Position numbers and translations under genes: made by a program
In this document: piece by piece, positions 38,201-50,017 of the stretch
How positions within the stretch are numbered: position 1 is the stretch's first letter
Layout of the letters: every line of letters starts with the position of its first letter
The notes under the pieces: model-generated
Database searches by the model: none
What the model saw: the letters and a program-made list of their open reading frames with translations, nothing else
Told to the model about the DNA's origin: nothing
From: Mayamaea pseudoterrestris
Lineage: Eukaryota
Assembly: GCA_027923505.1 (NCBI GenBank)
Contig: BROI01000013.1
Coordinates: 806,001-870,000, forward strand
Reading direction: 5' to 3'
DNA: 64,000 nucleotides

Positions 38201-41200
38201 AGCAAGCCCTGTAGGTGCCCAAAATACACCAGAATGGTGCCAACATCATTATTCAGGCTGCGCTACAAGATGGTAGGCTTGGCTGGTGTCTCAGGGGATG
38301 GCAATGTATTTGGTGACAACTTGTCACCAGTCTCACCCCCCTACAGCAAGCCCTGTAGGTGCCCAAATTACACCAGAATGGTGCCAACATCATTATTCAG
38401 GCTGCGCTACAAGATGGTAGGCTTGGCTGGTGTCTCAGGGGATGGCAATGTATTTGGTGACAACTTGTCACCAGTCTCAGCCCGCAGATGCCGTGACATT
38501 CAAACGCCCCTACAGCAAGCCCTGTAGGTGCCCAAAATACACCAGAATGGTGCCAACATCATTATTCAGGCTGCGCTACAAGATGGTAGGCTTGGCTGGT
38601 GTCTCAGGGGATGGCAATGTATTTGGTGACAACTTGTCACCAGTCTCAGCCCCCAGATGCCGCGACATTTAAACGCCCCTACAGCAGGCCCTGTAGGTGC
38701 CCAAAATACATCAGAATGGGTGCCAACATCATTATTCAGGCTGCGCTACAAGATGGTAGGCTTGGCTGATGTCTCAGGGGATGGCAATGTATTTGGTGAC
38801 AACTTGTCACCAGTCTCAGCCCGCAGATGCCGTGACATTCAAACGCCCCTACAGCAAGCCCTGTAGGTGCCCAAAATACACCAGAATGGTGCCAACATCA
38901 TTATTCAGGCTGCGCTACAAGATGGTAGGCTTGGCTGGTGTCTCAGGGGATGGCAATGTATTTGGTGACAACTTGTCACCAGTCTCAGCCCGCAGATGTC
39001 GTGACATTCAAACGCCCCTACAGCAAGCCCTGTAGGTGCCCAAAATACACCAGAATGGTGCCAACATCATTATTCAGGCTGCGCTACAAGATGGTAGGCT
39101 TGGCTGGTGTCTCAGGGGATGGCAATGTATTTGGTGACAACTTGTCACCAGTCTCAGCCCGCAGATGCCGTGACATTCAAACGCCCCTACAGCAAGCCCT
39201 GTAGGTGCCCAAAATACACCAGAATGGTGCCAACATCATTATTCAGGCTGCGCTACAAGATGGTAGGCTTGGCTGGTGTCTCAGGGGATGGCAATGTATT
39301 TGGTGACAACTTGTCACCAGTCTCAGCCTGCAGATGCCGTGACATTCAAACGCCCCTACAGCAAGCCCTGTAGGTGCCCAAAATACACCAGAATGGTGCC
39401 AACATCATTATTCAGGCTGCGCTACAAGATGGTAGGCTTGGCTGGTGTCTCAGGGGATGGCAATGTATTTGGTGACAACTTGTCACCAGTCTCAGCCCGC
39501 AGATGCCGTGACATTCAAACGCCCCTACAGCAAGCCCTGTAGGTGCCCAAAATACACCAGAATGGTGCCAACATCATTATTCAGGCTGCGCTACAAGATG
39601 GTAGGCTTGGCTGGTGTCTCAGGGGATGGCAATGTATTTGGTGACAACTTGTCACCAGTCTCAGCCCGCAGATGCCGTGACATTCAAACGCCCCTACAGC
39701 AAGCCCTGTAGGTGCCCAAAATACACCAGAATGGTGCCAACATCATTATTCAGGCTGCGCTACAAGATGGTAGGCTTGGCTGGTGTCTCAGGGGATGGCA
39801 ATGTATTTGGTGACAACTTGTCACCAGTCTCAGCCCGCAGATGCCGTGACATTCAAACGCCCCTACAGCAAGCCCTGTAGGTGCCCAAAATACACCAGAA
39901 TGGTGCCAACATCATTATTCAGGCTGCGCTACAAGATGGTAGGCTTGGCTGGTGTCTCAGGGGATGGCAATGTATTTGGTGACAACTTGTCACCAGTCTC
40001 AGCCCGCAGATGCCTGACATTCAAACGCCCCTACAGCAAGCCCTGTAGGTGCCCAAAATACACCAGAATGGTGCCAACATCATTATTCAGGCTGCGCTAC
40101 AAGATGGTAGGCTTGGCTGGTGTCTCAGGGGATGGCAATGTATTTGGTGACAACTTGTCACCAGTCTCAGCCCGCAGATGCCGTGACATTCAAACGCCCC
40201 TACAGCAAGCCCTGTAGGTGCCCAAAATACACCAGAATGGTGCCAACATCATTATTCAGGCTGCGCTACAAGATGGTAGGCTTGGCTGGTGTCTCAGGGG
40301 ATGGCAATGTATTTGGTGACAACTTGTCACCAGTCTCAGCCCGCAGATGCCGCGACATTCAAACGCCCCTACAGCAAGCCCTGTAGGTGCCCAAAATACA
40401 CCAGAATGGTGCCAACATCATTATTCAGGCTGCGCTACAAGATGGTAGGCTTGGCTGGTGTCTCAGGGGATGGCAATGTATTTGGTGACAACTTGTCACC
40501 AGTCTCAGCCCGCAGATGCCATGACATTCAAACGCCCCTACAGCAAGCCCTGTAGGTGCCCAAATTACACCAGAATGGTGCCAACATCATTATTCAGGCT
40601 GCGCTACAAGATGGTAGGCTTGGCTGGTGTCTCAGGGGATGGCAATGTATTTGGTGACAACTTGTCACCAGTCTCAGCCCGCAGATGCCGTGACATTCAA
40701 ACGCCCCTACAGCAAGCCCTGTAGGTGCCCAAATTACACCAGAATGGTGCCAACATCATTATTCAGGCTGCGCTACAAGATGGTAGGCTTGGCTGGTGTC
40801 TCAGGGGATGGCAATGTATTTGGTGACAACTTGTCACCAGTCTCAGCCCGCAGATGCCGTGACATTCAAACGCCCCTACAGCAAGCCCTGTAGGTGCCCA
40901 AAATACACCAGAATGGTGCCAACATCATTATTCAGGCTGCGCTACAAGATGGTAGGCTTGGCTGGTGTCTCAGGGGATGGCAATGTATTTGGTGACAACT
41001 TGTCACCAGTCTCAGCCCGCAGATGCCGTGACATTCAAACGCCCCTACAGCAAGCCCTGTAGGTGCCCAAATTACACCAGAATGGTGCCAACATCATTAT
41101 TCAGGCTGCGCTACAAGATGGTAGGCTTGGCTGGTGTCTCAGGGGATGGCAATGTATTTGGTGACAACTTGTCACCAGTCTCAGCCCGCAGATGCCGTGA

Positions 41201-44200
41201 CATTCAAACGCCCCTACAGCAAGCCCTGTAGGTGCCCAAATTACACCAGAATGGTGCCAACATCATTATTCAGGCTGCGCTACAAGATGGTAGGCTTGGC
41301 TGGTGTCTCAGGGGATGGCAATGTATTTGGTGACAACTTGTCACCAGTCTCAGCCCGCAGATGCCGTGACATTCAAACGCCCCTACAGCAAGCCCTGTAG
41401 GTGCCCAAATTACACCAGAATGGTGCCAACATCATTATTCAGGCTGCGCTACAAGATGGTAGGCTTGGCTGGTGTCTCAGGGGATGGCAATGTATTTGGT
41501 GACAACTTGTCACCAGTCTCAGCCCGCAGATGCCGTGACATTCAAACGCCCCTACAGCAAGCCCTGTAGGTGCCCAAATTACACCAGAATGGTGCCAACA
41601 TCATTATTCAGGCTGCGCTACAAGATGGTAGGCTTGGCTGGTGTCTCAGGGGATGGCAATGTATTTGGTGACAACTTGTCACCAGTCTCAGCCCGCAGAT
41701 GCCGTGACATTCAAATGCCCCTACAGCAAGCCCTGTAGGTGCCCAAAATACACCAGAATGGTGCCAACATCATTATTCAGGCTGCGCTACAAGATGGTAG
41801 GCTTGGCTGGTGTCTCAGGGGATGGCAATGTATTTGGTGACAACTTGTCACCAGTCTCAGCCCGCAGATGCCGTGACATTCAAACGCCCCTACAGCAAGC
41901 CCTGTAGGTGCCCAAAATACACCAGAATGGTGCCAACATCATTATTCAGGCTGCGCTACAAGATGGTAGGCTTGGCTGGTGTCTCAGGGGATGGCAATGT
42001 ATTTGGTGACAACTTGTCACCAGTCTCAGCCCGCAGATGCCATGACATTCAAACGCCCCTACAGCAAGCCCTGTAGGTGCCCAAATTACACCAGAATGGT
42101 GCCAACATCATTATTCAGGCTGCGCTACAAGATGGTAGGCTTGGCTGGTGTCTCAGGGGATGGCAATGTATTTGGTGACAACTTGTCACCAGTCTCAGCC
42201 CGCAGATGCCGTGACATTCAAACGCCCCTACAGCAAGCCCTGTAGGTGCCCAAATTACACCAGAATGGTGCCAACATCATTATTCAGGCTGCGCTACAAG
42301 ATGGTAGGCTTGGCTGGTGTCTCAGGGGATGGCAATGTATTTGGTGACAACTTGTCACCAGTCTCAGCCCGCAGATGCCGCTGACAAACGCCCCTACAGC
42401 AAGCCCTGTAGGTGCCCAAATTACACCAGAATGGTGCCAACATCATTATTCAGGCTGCGCTACAAGATGGTAGGCTTGGCTGGTGTCTCAGGGGATGGCA
42501 ATGTATTTGGTGACAACTTGTCACCAGTCTCAGCCCGCAGATGCCGTGACATTCAAACGCCCCTACAGCAAGCCCTGTAGGTGCCCAAAATACACCAGAA
42601 TGGTGCCAACATCATTATTCAGGCTGCGCTACAAGATGGTAGGCTTGGCTGGTGTCTCAGGGGATGGCAATGTATTTGGTGACAACTTGTCACCAGTCTC
42701 AGCCCGCAGATGCCGTGACATTCAAACGCCCCTACAGCAAGCCCTGTAGGTGCCCAAATTACACCAGAATGGTGCCAACATCATTATTCAGGCTGCGCTA
42801 CAAGATGGTAGGCTTGGCTGGTGTCTCAGGGGATGGCAATGTATTTGGTGACAACTTGTCACCAGTCTCAGCCCGCAGATGCCGTGACATTCAAACGCCC
42901 CTACAGCAAGCCCTGTAGGTGCCCAAATTACACCAGAATGGTGCCAACATCATTATTCAGGCTGCGCTACAAGATGGTAGGCTTGGCTGGTGTCTCAGGG
43001 GATGGCAATGTATTTGGTGACAACTTGTCACCAGTCTCAGCCCGCAGATGCCGTGACATTCAAACGCCGCCTACAGCAAGCCAGGTGCCCAATACCAGAA
43101 TGGTGCCAACATCATTATTCCGGCTGCGCCTTCAAGATGGTAGGCTTGGCTGGTGTCTCAGGGGATGGCAATGTATTTGGTGACAACTTGTCACCAGTCT
43201 CAGCCCGCAGATGCCATGACATTCAAACGCCCCTACAGCAAGCCCTGTAGGTGCCCAAATTACACCAGAATGGTGCCAACATCATTATTCAGGCTGCGCT
43301 ACAAGATGGTAGGCTTGGCTGGTGTCTCAGGGGATGGCAATGTATTTGGTGACAACTTGTCACCAGTCTCAGCCCGCAGATGCCGTGACATTCAAACGCC
43401 CCTACAGCAAGCCCTGTAGGTGCCCAAATTACACCAGAATGGTGCCAACATCATTATTCAGGCTGCGCTACAAGATGGTAGGCTTGGCTGGTGTCTCAGG
43501 GGATGGCAATGTATTTGGTGACAACTTGTCACCAGTCTCAGCCCGCAGATGCCGTGACATTCAAACGCCCCGACAGCAAGCCCCTGTAGGTGCCCAAATC
43601 ACACCACAATGGTGCCAACATCATTATTTAGGATGTGCTACAAGATGGTAGGCTTGGCTGGTGTCTCAGGGGATGGCAATGTATTTGGTGACAACTTGTC
43701 ACCAGTCTCAGCCCGCAGATGCCGTGACATTCAAACGCCCCTACAGCAAGCCCTGTAGGTGCCCAAAATACACCAGAATGGTGCCAACATCATTATTCAG
43801 GCTGCGCTACAGGATGGTAGGCTTGGCTGGTGTCTCAGGGGATGGCAATGTATTTGGTGACAACTTGTCACCAGTCTCAGCCCGCAGATGCCGTGACATT
43901 CAAACGCCCCTACAGCAAGCCCTGTAGGTGCCCAAATTACACCAGAATGGTGCCAACATCATTATTCCGGCTGCGCTACAAGATGGTAGGCTTGGCTGGT
44001 GTCTCAGGGGATGGCAATGTATTTGGTGACAACTTGTCACCAGTCTCAGCCCGCAGATGCCGTGACATTCAAACGCCCCTACAGCAAGCCCTGTAGGTGC
44101 CCAAATTACACCAGAATGGTGCCAACATCATTATTCGGGCTGCGCTACAAGATGGTAGGCTTGGCTGGTGTCTCAGGGGATGGCAATGTATTTGGTGACA

Positions 44201-47200
44201 ACCGTTGACACGAATGGTGCCCTTCGCTTGGCTGGTGTCTCAGGGGTGGAAGTTTGGGGAACTGGTCACCAGTCTCAGCCCGCAGATGCCGTGACATTCA
44301 AACGCCCCTACAGCAAGCCCTGTAGGTGCCCAAATTACACCAGAATGGTGCCAACATCATTTTCCAGGCTGCGCTACAAGATGGTAGGCTTGGCTGGTGT
44401 CTCAGGGGATGGCAATGTATTTGGTGACAACTTGTCACCAGTCTCAGCCCGCAGATGCCGTGACATTCAAACGCCCCTACAGCAAGCCCTGTAGGTGCCC
44501 AAATTACACCAGAATGGTGCCAACATCATTATTCAGGCTGCGCTACAGGATGGTAGGCTTGGCTGGTGTCTCAGGGGATGGCAATGTATTTGGTGACAAC
44601 TTGTCACCAGTCTCAGCCCGCAGATGCCATGACATTCAAACGCCCCTACAGCAAGCCCTGTAGGTGCCCAAATTACACCAGAATGGTGCCAACATCTTTT
44701 TTTGGGCTGCGCTACAGGATGGTAGGCTTGGTTGGTGTCTCAGGGGATGGCAATGTATTTGGTGACAACTTGTCACCAGTCTCAGCCCGCAGATGCCATG
44801 ACATTCAAACGCCCCTACAGCAAGCCCTGTAGGTGCCCAAATTACACCAGAATGGTGCCAACATCATTATTCCGGCTGCGCTACAGGATGGTAGGCTTGG
44901 CTGGTGTCTCAGGGGATGGCAATGTATTTGGTGACAACTTGTCACCAGTCTCAGCCCGCAGATGCCGTGACATTCAAACGCCCCTACAGCAAGCCCTGTA
45001 GGTGCCCAAATTACACCAGAATGGTGCCAACATCATTATTCAGGCTGCGCTACAGGATGGTAGGCTTGGCTGGTGTCTCAGGGGATGGCAATGTATTTGG
45101 TGACAACTTGTCACCAGTCTCAGCCCGCAGATGCCGTGACATTCAAACGCCCCTACAGCAAGCCCTGTAGGTGCCCAAATTACACCAGAATGGTGCCAAC
45201 ATCATTATTTCCAGCTGCGCTACAAGATGGTAGGCTTGGCTGGTGTCTCAGGGGATGGCAATGTATTTGGTGACAACTTGTCACCAGTCTCAGCCTGCAG
45301 ATGCCATGACATTCAAACGCCCCTACAGCAAGCCCTGTAGGTGCCCAAATTACACCAGAATGGTGCCAACATCATTATTCCGGCTGCGCTACAAGATGGT
45401 AGGCTTGGCTGGTGTCTCAGGGGATGGCAATGTATTTGGTGACAACTTGTCACCAGTCTCAGCCCGCAGATGCCATGACATTCAAACGCCCCTACAGCAA
45501 GCCCTGTAGGTGCCCAAATTACACCAGAATGGTGCCAACATCATTATTCAGGCTGCGCTACAAGATGGTAGGCTTGGCTGGTGTCTCAGGGGATGGCAAT
45601 GTATTTGGTGACAACTTGTCACCAGTCTCAGCCCGCAGATGCCATGACATTCAAACGCCCCTACAGCAAGCCCTGTAGGTGCCCAAATTACACCAGAATG
45701 GTGCCAACATCATTATTCCAGCTGCGCTACAAGATGGTAGGCTTGGTTGGTGTCTCAGGGGATGGCAATGTATTTGGTGACAACTTGTCACCAGTCTCAG
45801 CCCGCAGATGCCATGACATTCAAACGCCCCTACAGCAAGCCCTGTAGGTGCCCAAATTACACCAGAATGGTGCCAACATCATTATTCAGGCTGCGCTACA
45901 AGATGGTAGGCTTGGCTGGTGTCTCAGGGGATGGCAATGTATTTGGTGACAACTTGTCACCAGTCTCAGCCCGCAGATGCCATGACATTCAAACGCCCCT
46001 ACAGCAAGCCCTGTAGGTGCCCAAATTACACCAGAATGGTGCCAACATCATTATTCGGGCTGCGCTACAAGATGGTAGGCTTGGCTGGTGTCTCAGGGGA
46101 TGGCAATGTATTTGGTGACAACTTGTCACCAGTCTCAGCCCGCAGATGCCATGACATTCAAACGCCCCTACAGCAAGCCCTGTAGGTGCCCAAATTACAC
46201 CAGAATGGTGCCAACATCATTATTCAGGCTGCGCTACAGGATGGTAGGCTTGGCTGGTGTCTCAGGGGATGGCAATGTATTTGGTGACAACTTGTCACCA
46301 GTCTCAGCCCGCAGATGCCATGACATTCAAACGCCCCTACAGCAAGCCCTGTAGGTGCCCAAATTACACCAGAATGGTGCCAACATCATTATTCGGGCTG
46401 CGCTACAAGATGGTAGGCTTGGCTGGTGTCTCAGGGGATGGCAATGTATTTGGTGACAACTTGTCACCAGTCTCAGCCCGCAGATGCCATGACATTCAAA
46501 CGCCCCTACAGCAAGCCCTGTAGGTGCCCAAATTACACCAGAATGGTGCCAACATCATTATTCCAGCTGCGCTACAAGATGGTAGGCTTGGCTGGTGTCT
46601 CAGGGGATGGCAATGTATTTGGTGACAACTTGTCACCAGTCTCAGCCCGCAGATGCCATGACATTCAAACGCCCCTACAGCAAGCCCTGTAAGTGCCCAA
46701 ATTACACCAGAATGGTGCCAACATCATTATTCTAGCTGCGCTACAAGATGGTAGGCTTGGCTGGTGTCTCAGGGGATGGCAATGTATTTGGTGACAACTT
46801 GTCACCAGTCTCAGCCCGCAGATGCCATGACATTCAAACGCCCCTACAGCAAGCCCTGTAGGTGCCCAAATTACACCAGAATGGTGCCAACATCATTTTT
46901 CGGGCTGCGCTACAAGATGGTAGGCTTGGCTGGTGTCTCAGGGGATGGCAATGTATTTGGTGACAACTTGTCACCAGTCTCAGCCCGCAGATGCCATGAC
47001 ATTCAAACGCCCCTACAGCAAGCCCTGTAGGTGCCCAAATTACACCAGAATGGTGCCAACATCATTATCCAGGCTGCGCTACAAGATGGTAGGCTTGGCT
47101 GGTGTCTCAGGGGATGGCAATGTATTTGGTGACAACTTGTCACCAGTCTCAGCCCGCAGATGCCATGACATTCAAACGCCCCTACAGCAAGCCCTGTAGG

Positions 47201-49688
47201 TGCCCAAATTACACCAGAATGGTGCCAACATCATTTATGGGCTGCGCTACAAGATGGTAGGCTTGGCTGGTGTCTCAGGGGATGGCAATGTATTTGGTGA
47301 CAACTTGTCACCAGTCTCAGCCCGCAGATGCCATGACATTCAAACGCCCCTACAGCAAGCCCTGTAGGTGCCCAAATTACACCAGAATGGTGCCAACATC
47401 ATTATTTCGGCTGCGCTACAAGATGGTAGGCTTGGCTGGTGTCTCAGGGGATGGCAATGTATTTGGTGACAACTTGTCACCAGTCTCAGCCCGCAGATGC
47501 CATGACATTCAAACGCCCCTACAGCAAGCCCTGTAGGTGCCCAAATTACACCAGAATGGTGCCAACATCATTTTTTGGGCTGCGCTACAAGATGGTAGGC
47601 TTGGCTGGTGTCTCAGGGGATGGCAATGTATTTGGTGACAACTTGTCACCAGTCTCAGCCTGCAGATGCCATGACATTCAAACGCCCCTACAGCAAGCCC
47701 TATAGGTGCCCAAATTACACCAGAATGGTGCCAACATCATTATTCCAGCTGCGCTACAGGATGGTAGGCTTGGTTGGTGTCTCAGGGGATGGCAATGTAT
47801 TTGGTGACAACTTGTCACCAGTCTCAGCCCGCAGATGCCATGACATTCAAACGCCCCTACAGCAAGCCCTGTAGGTGCCCAAATTACACCAGAATGGTGC
47901 CAACATCATTTTTGGGGCTGCGCTACAAGATGGTAGGCTTGGTTGGTGTCTCAGGGGATGGCAATGTATTTGGTGACAACTTGTCACCAGTCTCAGCCTG
48001 CAGATGCCATGACATTCAAACGCCCCTACAGCAAGCCCTGTAGGTGCCCAAATTACACCAGAATGGTGCCAACATCATTATTCAGGCTGCGCTACAAGAT
48101 GGTAGGCTTGGCTGGTGTCTCAGGGGATGGCAATGTATTTGGTGACAACTTGTCACCAGTCTCAGCCCGCAGATGCCATGACATTCAAACGCCCCTACAG
48201 CAAGCCCTGTAGGTGCCCAAATTACACCAGAATGGTGTCAACATCATTATTCCAGCTGCGCTACAGGAAGGTAGGCTTGGTTGGTGTCTCAGAGGATAGA
48301 AATGTATTTGGTGACAACTTGTCACCAGTCTCAGCCCGCAGATGCCATGACATTCAAACGCCCCTACAGCAAGCCCTGTAGGTGCCCAAATTACACCAGA
48401 ATGGTGCCATCATCATTATTCCAGCTGCGCTACAAGATGGTAGGCTTGGCTGGTGTGTCAGGGGGATGCGATTTGGTGACAGACAGTCTCGGCAGATGTA
48501 CATTCACGCCCTACAACTTGTTGCACCAGATGCCAACATCAGCCTGCAGATGCTCATCGACATTCAGCATGGCCAATAACCCCCTCAAGTGATACAGCAA
48601 GCCCTATAGGTGTCCAAATTGCACCATAATGGTGCCAACATCATTATTCCAGCTGCGCTACCAGATGGTAGGCTTGGTTGGTGTCTCAGGGTTGGCAATG
48701 TATTTGGTGACAACTTGTCACCAGTCTCAGCCCGTAGATGCCATGACATTCAAACGCCCCTACAGCAAGCCCTATAGGTGCCCAAATTACAATAGAATGG
48801 TGCCAATATCATTATTTCAGCTATGCTACAGGAAGGTAGGCTTGGTTGGTGTCTCAGAGGATAGAAATGTATTTGGTGACAACTTGTCACCAGTCTCAGC
48901 CCGCAGATGCCATGACATTCAAACGCCCCTACAGCATGCCCTGTAGGTGCCCAAATTACACCAGAATGGTGACAACATTATTTATTGGGCTGCGCTACAA
49001 GATGGTAGGCTTGGCTGGTGTCTCAGGGGATGGCAATGTATTTGGTGACAACTTGTCACCAGTCTCAGCCCGCAGATGCCATGAGATTCAAACGCCCCTA
49101 CAGCAAGCCCTGTAAGTGCCCAAATTACACCAGAATGGTGCCAACATCATTTTTCAGGCTGCGCTACAAGATGGTAGGCTTGGCTGGTGTCTCAGGGGAT
49201 GGCAATGTATTTGGTGACAACTTGTCACCAGTCTCAGCCCGCAGATGCCATGACATTCAAATGCCCCTACAGCAAGCCCTGTAGGTGCCCAAAGTACACC
49301 AGAATGGTGACAACATCCTTTTTTGGGCTGCGCTACAAGTTGGTTGGCTTGGCTGGTGTCTCAGGGGATGGCAATGTATTTGGTGACAACTTGTCACCAG
49401 TCTCAGCCCACAGATGCCATGACATTCAAACGCTATTACAGCAAGCCCTGTAGGTGCCCAAATTACACGAGAATGGTGCCAACATCATTTTTCCAGCTGC
49501 GCTACAAGATGACAGGCTTGGCTAGTGTCTCAGGGGATAGCAATGTATTTGGTGACAACTTGTCACCAGTCTCAGCCCGCAGATGCCTTGACATTCAAAT
49601 GCCCCTACAGCATGCCCTATAGGTGCCCAAATTACACCAGAATGGTGGCAACATCATTTTTTAGGCTGCGCTACAAGATGGTATGCTT
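35268..49688. repeat. Satellite 3: 169 bp unit, about 85 highly homogeneous head-to-tail copies
   Basis: Unit GGTGTCTCAGGGGATGGCAATGTATTTGGTGACAACTTGTCACCAG...CAAGATGGTAGGCTTGGCT repeats every 169 bp (ORF-track starts 36259, 36428, 36597, 36766...). Confidence 0.98.
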
Positions 49689-49999
49689 TGTAACTTGTAA
49701 ATCAAATCGTTGCACCTTTCGCTTGTAGCTGTCCTTGGATGGCCAATCCAAGCTTGCAGTTGCTACAATACGAGAGACGAATAAATCGCTTTCTTAACTC
49801 TTCAAGCTTAGTAAGTCTGCTTGTTTCTACTCTATATCGCACTAGTTTCAGCAATATACTTGTTGAATCGCTTCGAAGCCGTCGCTGCCACGCATCACGC
49901 GATCGTGAGGCTGTGGTGAGCCGCGAGTGCCGCTGTGTCACCCTATCGGACATTCGGTGTGACTTGCCCGATTTTCGCTGTTTTCGTTCGCATCCTGCA
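49689..49999 (-). repeat. 3' LTR of intact Copia B (311 bp)
   Basis: Identical by eye to 55960-56270. Confidence 0.93.
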
Positions 50000-50017
50000 A
50001 CTCCCCTCAAGTCATAC

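Noticed and set aside
35268..49688. CRISPR array, or tandem protein-coding genes (many 88-aa ORFs)
   Set aside because: There are no unique spacers and no cas genes. The 169-bp unit is not a multiple of 3, the ORFs start at GTG and end at a repeat-encoded TAG, so they are by-products of the repeat.
30650..49688. Satellite units as 5S rRNA, snRNA, tRNA or hammerhead ribozyme arrays
   Set aside because: I saw no U1 5' end, 5S or tRNA box motifs, and no correctly arranged CTGANGA...GAAA core on either strand. An Infernal search would be needed to exclude this fully.
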